Assembly (NCBI RefSeq): GCF_000011805.1 | Contig: NC_006840.2 | DNA length: 32,000 nt | From: Aliivibrio fischeri ES114 | GTDB lineage: Bacteria; Pseudomonadota; Gammaproteobacteria; Enterobacterales; Vibrionaceae | Strand: one strand, 5' to 3' | Part shown: piece after piece, positions 27,590 through 32,000 of the stretch | Position numbering within the stretch: position 1 is the stretch's first letter | How the letters are laid out: each line of letters opens with the position of its first letter | Translations under genes and position numbers: made by a program | Notes under the pieces: generated by a model | What the model was told of the DNA's origin: nothing | What the model saw: only the letters and a program-made list of their open reading frames with translations | The model's database searches: none

Positions 27590-29671
27590 ATGACCAATAC
27601 CATGCTTTCTGCCATTCCATTAACCTCTCTTGCTGGTGTGGGAGCAAAAGTCGCAGAAAAGCTCGAAAAAATAGGATTGGTCTCCATTCAAGATTTACTT
27701 TTCCACCTTCCATTACGCTATGAAGATCGAACACGTGTATATCCAATGGCACGTGTTCACTCTGGTTTGTTTGCCGCAGTGCAAGGCAAAGTCATGTCTT
27801 GCGATATGCAATTTGGCAAAAGAAAAATGTTACTGGTAAAAATCAGTGATGGAAACGGCACTATTACCCTACGCTTTTTTAATTTTAATGCGGGCATGAA
27901 AAACAGCTTTAGCGAAGGCAAACTCGTTCATGCTTATGGCGAAATTAAACGTGGAGGCAGTGGTTTAGAAATTGTTCATCCTGAATATCAATTTCATGTG
28001 CCATCCCAACCACTTGAAATTGAAGCAAGCTTAACGCCTGTCTACCCAACAACGGACGGATTACGTCAAAATACATTACGAAGTTTAACTGACCAAGCCT
28101 TAGAGCTATTAGATAAAGCAGCAGTTACTGAGCTTTTACCACAAGGTTTATACAATAACCAAATCACCCTTAATCAAGCGCTTCATATTATTCATCGTCC
28201 AGATCCATCGATAAATCTTGATGCATTTGATGAAGGCAAACACCCTGCTCAACAACGCTTAATTATGGAAGAGCTATTGGCTCAAAATTTATCTATGTTG
28301 TCTGTTCGTAGTAAAGGACAACAAGAAGATGCATTACCCTTAGCAACACTGACTAATTTAAAGCAAAAACTATTAGCACAACTTCCTTTTACTCCCACGA
28401 ACGCTCAACAACGTGTTGTCGCTGAAATCGAACAAGATTTAGCAAAACCTCACCCAATGATGCGCTTAGTACAAGGTGATGTAGGTTCAGGTAAAACCTT
28501 AGTTGCAGCATTAGCAGCGGTACAGGCTATCGAACACGGTTATCAAGTCGCTTTAATGGCTCCGACGGAATTACTAGCAGAACAACACGCCGCTAACTTT
28601 GCACATTGGTTTGAATCGATGGGAATTACTGTTGGTTGGCTTGCAGGAAAACTAACAGGTAAAGCGAAAGAAAAAGAATTAGAGCGCATAGCCAGTGGCG
28701 AAGCGAAAATGATAGTGGGCACTCACGCACTGTTTCAACAAAATGTAGAGTTCCATCATCTTGCTCTGGTTATTATTGATGAACAACATCGTTTTGGTGT
28801 TGATCAACGCTTAGAGCTGCGTGAAAAAGGCCAAAAAAATGGAGCCTATCCACATCAATTAATCATGACTGCTACACCTATACCAAGAACGTTAGCCATG
28901 ACGGCTTATGCTGACTTAGAAACCTCTGTTATTGATGAGCTTCCTCCGGGTAGAACACCGATTCAAACGATAGCCGTTCCAGATACTCGTCGTGATGAGA
29001 TAGTAAACAAAGTTCGTAGTGCGTGTATGAACGACGGTAGACAAGCCTACTGGGTTTGTACTCTTATTGATGATTCAGAAGTATTAGAAGCCCAAGCCGC
29101 TTCCGACACCGCAGAAGCGTTACGCCTACAACTACCCGAACTAAACATTGGTTTAGTGCACGGTAGAATGAAGCCAAAAGAAAAACAGCAAATCATGCAA
29201 GAGTTTAAAGAAGGAAATCTGCATTTGTTAGTGGCTACTACGGTTATCGAAGTGGGGGTAGATGTGCCTAACTCAAGTTTAATGATCATTGAGAACCCTG
29301 AGCGCTTAGGGTTAGCACAACTGCACCAATTACGTGGGCGTGTGGGTCGAGGTTCTGTTGCAAGTCACTGTGTACTCTTATATCACTCGCCATTATCAAA
29401 GACCGCACAAAAACGCTTAAGTGTTTTACGAGAGAGTAATGATGGCTTTGTGATTGCCCAACGTGATTTAGAAATTCGAGGGCCAGGTGAATTACTTGGA
29501 ACCAAGCAAACAGGTTTAGCTGACTTTAAAATTGCTGATTTAGTTCGAGACCAACACCTAATACCAGAAGTACAACGCATTGCTCGTCACCTACATGATA
29601 ACTATCCAAAAAATGCGAAAGCCATTATTTTACGTTGGTTAGGGGAACGAGACATTTACTCGAATGCGTAA
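27590..29671 (+). CDS. recG: ATP-dependent DNA helicase RecG
   Basis: 693 aa with a wedge domain, helicase motifs GDVGSGKT, DEQHRFGV and TATPIPRT, and the C-terminal TRG motif LHQLRGRVGRG. Confidence 0.95.
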   Translation: MTNTMLSAIPLTSLAGVGAKVAEKLEKIGLVSIQDLLFHLPLRYEDRTRVYPMARVHSGLFAAVQGKVMSCDMQFGKRKMLLVKISDGNGTITLRFFNFNAGMKNSFSEGKLVHAYGEIKRGGSGLEIVHPEYQFHVPSQPLEIEASLTPVYPTTDGLRQNTLRSLTDQALELLDKAAVTELLPQGLYNNQITLNQALHIIHRPDPSINLDAFDEGKHPAQQRLIMEELLAQNLSMLSVRSKGQQEDALPLATLTNLKQKLLAQLPFTPTNAQQRVVAEIEQDLAKPHPMMRLVQGDVGSGKTLVAALAAVQAIEHGYQVALMAPTELLAEQHAANFAHWFESMGITVGWLAGKLTGKAKEKELERIASGEAKMIVGTHALFQQNVEFHHLALVIIDEQHRFGVDQRLELREKGQKNGAYPHQLIMTATPIPRTLAMTAYADLETSVIDELPPGRTPIQTIAVPDTRRDEIVNKVRSACMNDGRQAYWVCTLIDDSEVLEAQAASDTAEALRLQLPELNIGLVHGRMKPKEKQQIMQEFKEGNLHLLVATTVIEVGVDVPNSSLMIIENPERLGLAQLHQLRGRVGRGSVASHCVLLYHSPLSKTAQKRLSVLRESNDGFVIAQRDLEIRGPGELLGTKQTGLADFKIADLVRDQHLIPEVQRIARHLHDNYPKNAKAIILRWLGERDIYSNA

Positions 29672-29700
29672 ATAATTTCCTCCTCATAAATAGCAGATAC

Positions 29701-29731
29701 AAAAAAGGTGAGTAACTACTCACCTTTTCTT
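29701..29731. terminator. Bidirectional terminator (recG / nfuA)
   Basis: AGGTGAGTA (29706-29714) pairs with TACTCACCT (29717-29725), flanked by an A-run and a T-run. Confidence 0.85.
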
Positions 29732-29751
29732 TATTGCGATTAAACTAGCAA

Positions 29752-30336
29752 TTAGTAGTAAGAGTGCTCACCACGATCATGCTCAGTTAAATCTTTAACT
29801 GCTGTTAATTCGCCTTCGAATTGAACCAATAGTTCTTTTTCGATGCCTTCTTTTAGTGTCACATCAACCATTGAACAACCATTACAACCACCACCGAACT
29901 GAACGATAGCAACACCTTCATCGTTAATTTCCATCAGGCTAACATGGCCACCGTGACCAGCTAATTGTGGGTTAACTTGAGTTTGAATTGCGTATTCAAC
30001 ACGTTCAAATAATGGTGCATCATCGGCTACTTTACGCATTTTCGCATTAGGTGCTTTAAGAGTAAGCTGAGAACCCATCTTGTCAGTAACATAATCAATG
30101 TCAGCATCTTCAAGGAATGGCAGGCTTAACTCATCAACGTATGCTGATAATTTTTCAAACTTCAGCTCAGTATCATTCGCTTCTACTGCTTCTGGTGGAC
30201 AGTAAGATACGCCACACTCTGCGTTTTGAGTACCTGGATTAACCACGAATACACGGATGTTTGTCCCTTCTGGCTGCTGTGCTAGAAGTTTTGCAAAATG
30301 CTCTTGGGCACTTTCAGTAATATTGATTGAAGACAC
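29752..30336 (-). CDS. nfuA: Fe/S cluster biogenesis protein NfuA
   Basis: An N-terminal degenerate A-type domain and a C-terminal Nfu domain with GGGCNGCSM. Confidence 0.92.
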   Translation of the reverse strand: MSSINITESAQEHFAKLLAQQPEGTNIRVFVVNPGTQNAECGVSYCPPEAVEANDTELKFEKLSAYVDELSLPFLEDADIDYVTDKMGSQLTLKAPNAKMRKVADDAPLFERVEYAIQTQVNPQLAGHGGHVSLMEINDEGVAIVQFGGGCNGCSMVDVTLKEGIEKELLVQFEGELTAVKDLTEHDRGEHSYY

Positions 30337-30454
30337 AAGTAATACCTGACTAATTTAGTATGATTAAGGATTGTACTCTGAAAAAAAATAATTTTCGAGT
30401 AGCGTAGTCAAATTATAGCAATCTTAATAATCAATTTATCAAGATTTGGTCTAA

Positions 30455-31276
30455 TTATTTACATGTAAGAATGTTATTCCACGGTAAATTTTCGTCACCG
30501 AGAACAATAAAATTCGGGTTTTCTAATGACTCTCGTTCATTATAAGAAAGCGGTTCAAGCTCTGTCGATAAGATGCGACCTCCCGCTTCTTGAACAATAC
30601 ACTGGGTTGCAGCCGTATCCCATTCGCCAGTTGGTCCTAATCGTAAATAACAATCCACAGCACCTTCTGCGACCAAACAGGCTTTAAGTGCAGCTGACCC
30701 TAATGGAACCAAATCGTAATTCCAATCAGAACTCATACAACGTGTTATGTTATTGATATCTTGGCGTCGACTGATCGCTATCGCAATTGGCTGTTTTTCA
30801 TCTTCATGCTTTAACGTGCTAATACGAACACTTTCATCCATATCAGGAATTTTCCACGCACCTTTCCCTTCATAGGCGTAGTACGTCACACCAGAAACTG
30901 GGCCATATACAACCCCCATTACTGGACGGTTATTTTCAACTAAAGCAATAATCGTAGCAAAATCACCACTGCGAGCGATGAACTCTTGCGTACCATCAAG
31001 AGGGTCAACCAACCCATAACGCTCCCATTGAGCACGTTGCTCTAAAGATATCCCTGCATCTTCTTCAGAAAGAATAGGAATATCTGGTGTTAGTTGAGAA
31101 AGTTTTTCGATAATTAATTTATGAGCGGCGAGATCAGCACTGGTCACCGGAGTTTCATCTGACTTAATGAACTCTTCGAAATCTCCTTTCTCGTATATAT
31201 CGAGAATGAGTTGACCCGATGCACGTGCAATATTGATCACCTCAGGGATAAGGTGAGAAAGTGTAGAATCCATCAA
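30455..31276 (-). CDS. cysQ: 3'(2'),5'-bisphosphate nucleotidase
   Basis: Inositol monophosphatase-family motifs SEED, VDPLDGTQEF and WDTAA. Confidence 0.88.
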   Translation of the reverse strand: MMDSTLSHLIPEVINIARASGQLILDIYEKGDFEEFIKSDETPVTSADLAAHKLIIEKLSQLTPDIPILSEEDAGISLEQRAQWERYGLVDPLDGTQEFIARSGDFATIIALVENNRPVMGVVYGPVSGVTYYAYEGKGAWKIPDMDESVRISTLKHEDEKQPIAIAISRRQDINNITRCMSSDWNYDLVPLGSAALKACLVAEGAVDCYLRLGPTGEWDTAATQCIVQEAGGRILSTELEPLSYNERESLENPNFIVLGDENLPWNNILTCK

Positions 31277-31278
31277 TA

Positions 31279-31830
31279 TTACTCCTTAGCTAAAAATTGT
31301 TGAGCAAGTAATAGTGCGGTAATGCATCTTGCCTCTGAAAAATCGAGATGATGTAATAACTCTGATGCCTGAGCTAAAGGCCAACGAACCACATCTAAAG
31401 GTTCAGGCTCATCACCTTCTAATCGCTCTGGATATAAATCTTGAGCCAGAATTAATGTCATTTTGCTTGAGAAATAGGAAGGCGCTAATACGATTTCTTT
31501 TAATGGCGTCAGTGTTTTTGCACCAAAACCAATTTCTTCTTTTAGTTCTCGATTTGCCGCTTCTAACGGGGTCTCTCCTAGATCAATCAATCCTTTTGGA
31601 AAACCAAGCTCGTAACTTTCGGTTCCAACAGCATATTCACGAACCAAAAGTAAATCGCCCTGCTCTGTTACAGGAACCATCATGACAGCATGACGACCGC
31701 TTGGTTTCATTCGTTCGTAGGTACGTTCTACACCATTAGAAAAGCGCAAATCAACCGATTCAATGCAGAATAGGTTGGATTTGGCTTCAACGCGTGTATC
31801 CAAAATCGTTGGCAACTGTTTTTTAGCCAT
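31279..31830 (-). CDS. nudE: ADP compounds hydrolase NudE
   Basis: Nudix box GLIDLGETPLEAANRELKEEIGF, and overall collinearity with E. coli NudE (YAVGTESYELGFPKG, APSYFSSKM, EGDEPEPL). Confidence 0.9.
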   Translation of the reverse strand: MAKKQLPTILDTRVEAKSNLFCIESVDLRFSNGVERTYERMKPSGRHAVMMVPVTEQGDLLLVREYAVGTESYELGFPKGLIDLGETPLEAANRELKEEIGFGAKTLTPLKEIVLAPSYFSSKMTLILAQDLYPERLEGDEPEPLDVVRWPLAQASELLHHLDFSEARCITALLLAQQFLAKE

Positions 31831-31840
31831 CGTTTTTCCT

Positions 31841-32000
31841 TTATAGACGTCCTGAGTATGTCACTCTATATTGCCCTTTTGAATCAGGCTTGCCTACCCA
31901 TTTCAACTGACTTCTTAAACTTGAAGGGAAATTAGCTTCAGGTTTAAACCAACCACTTACTTGATAAGAGCGATTTGGATTAAGGGTAACATCAAATTGG
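31841..32000 (-). CDS. 3' end of a CDS running off the window, probably type II secretion protein N (GspN/EpsN)
   Basis: Minus-strand frame from 31999 reads QFDVTLNPNRSYQVSGWFKPEANFPSSLRSQLKWVGKPDSKGQYRVTYSGRL, with the stop at 31843-31841, 10 nt before nudE. It resembles my recollection of the Vibrio EpsN C terminus, and eps-nudE-cysQ synteny fits. Only 52 codons are visible. Confidence 0.45.
   Translation of the reverse strand, partial: QFDVTLNPNRSYQVSGWFKPEANFPSSLRSQLKWVGKPDSKGQYRVTYSGRL

Overview
AT-rich gammaproteobacterial core-chromosome window. Gene content and order look Vibrionaceae-like (Aliivibrio/Vibrio chromosome 1); that assignment is inferred from protein similarity recalled from E. 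coli and Vibrio, not from a search. Minus strand, left to right: a complete 16S rRNA gene with tandem rrn P1/P2 promoters, boxA and an RNase III-type processing stem, then murI, a PP-loop ATPase gene, and btuB with its cobalamin riboswitch. Next come trmA, yijD-fabR, sthA, dinF, a COG3315-type methyltransferase, lexA with two SOS boxes, plsB, ubiCA, a FliL-like gene, glpEG, rpoH, ftsYEX, rsmD-yhhL, yhgN, a yecH-like gene, yhhM-recG, nfuA, cysQ, nudE and the 3' end of a probable gspN/epsN. No transposase, integrase, CRISPR array or recognisable multigene defence island was seen. Points worth a second look: (1) a dense DnaA-box cluster with GATC and IHF-like sites in the glpE-rpoH spacer; (2) a small accessory patch at 25.7-27.2 kb with a membrane-anchored minimal HEPN (RNxxxH) protein convergent with an unannotated 26-codon hydrophobic ORF, sharing one bidirectional terminator, next to about 670 bp of strand-skewed A/C-rich non-coding DNA; (3) a membrane-anchored RRM RNA-binding gene broken by a 1-nt frameshift inside its RNP1 motif; (4) a methyltransferase gene inserted between lexA and dinF, preceded by a Fur-box-like palindrome. 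All functional calls rest on motif recognition by eye; no BLAST or HMM search could be run.
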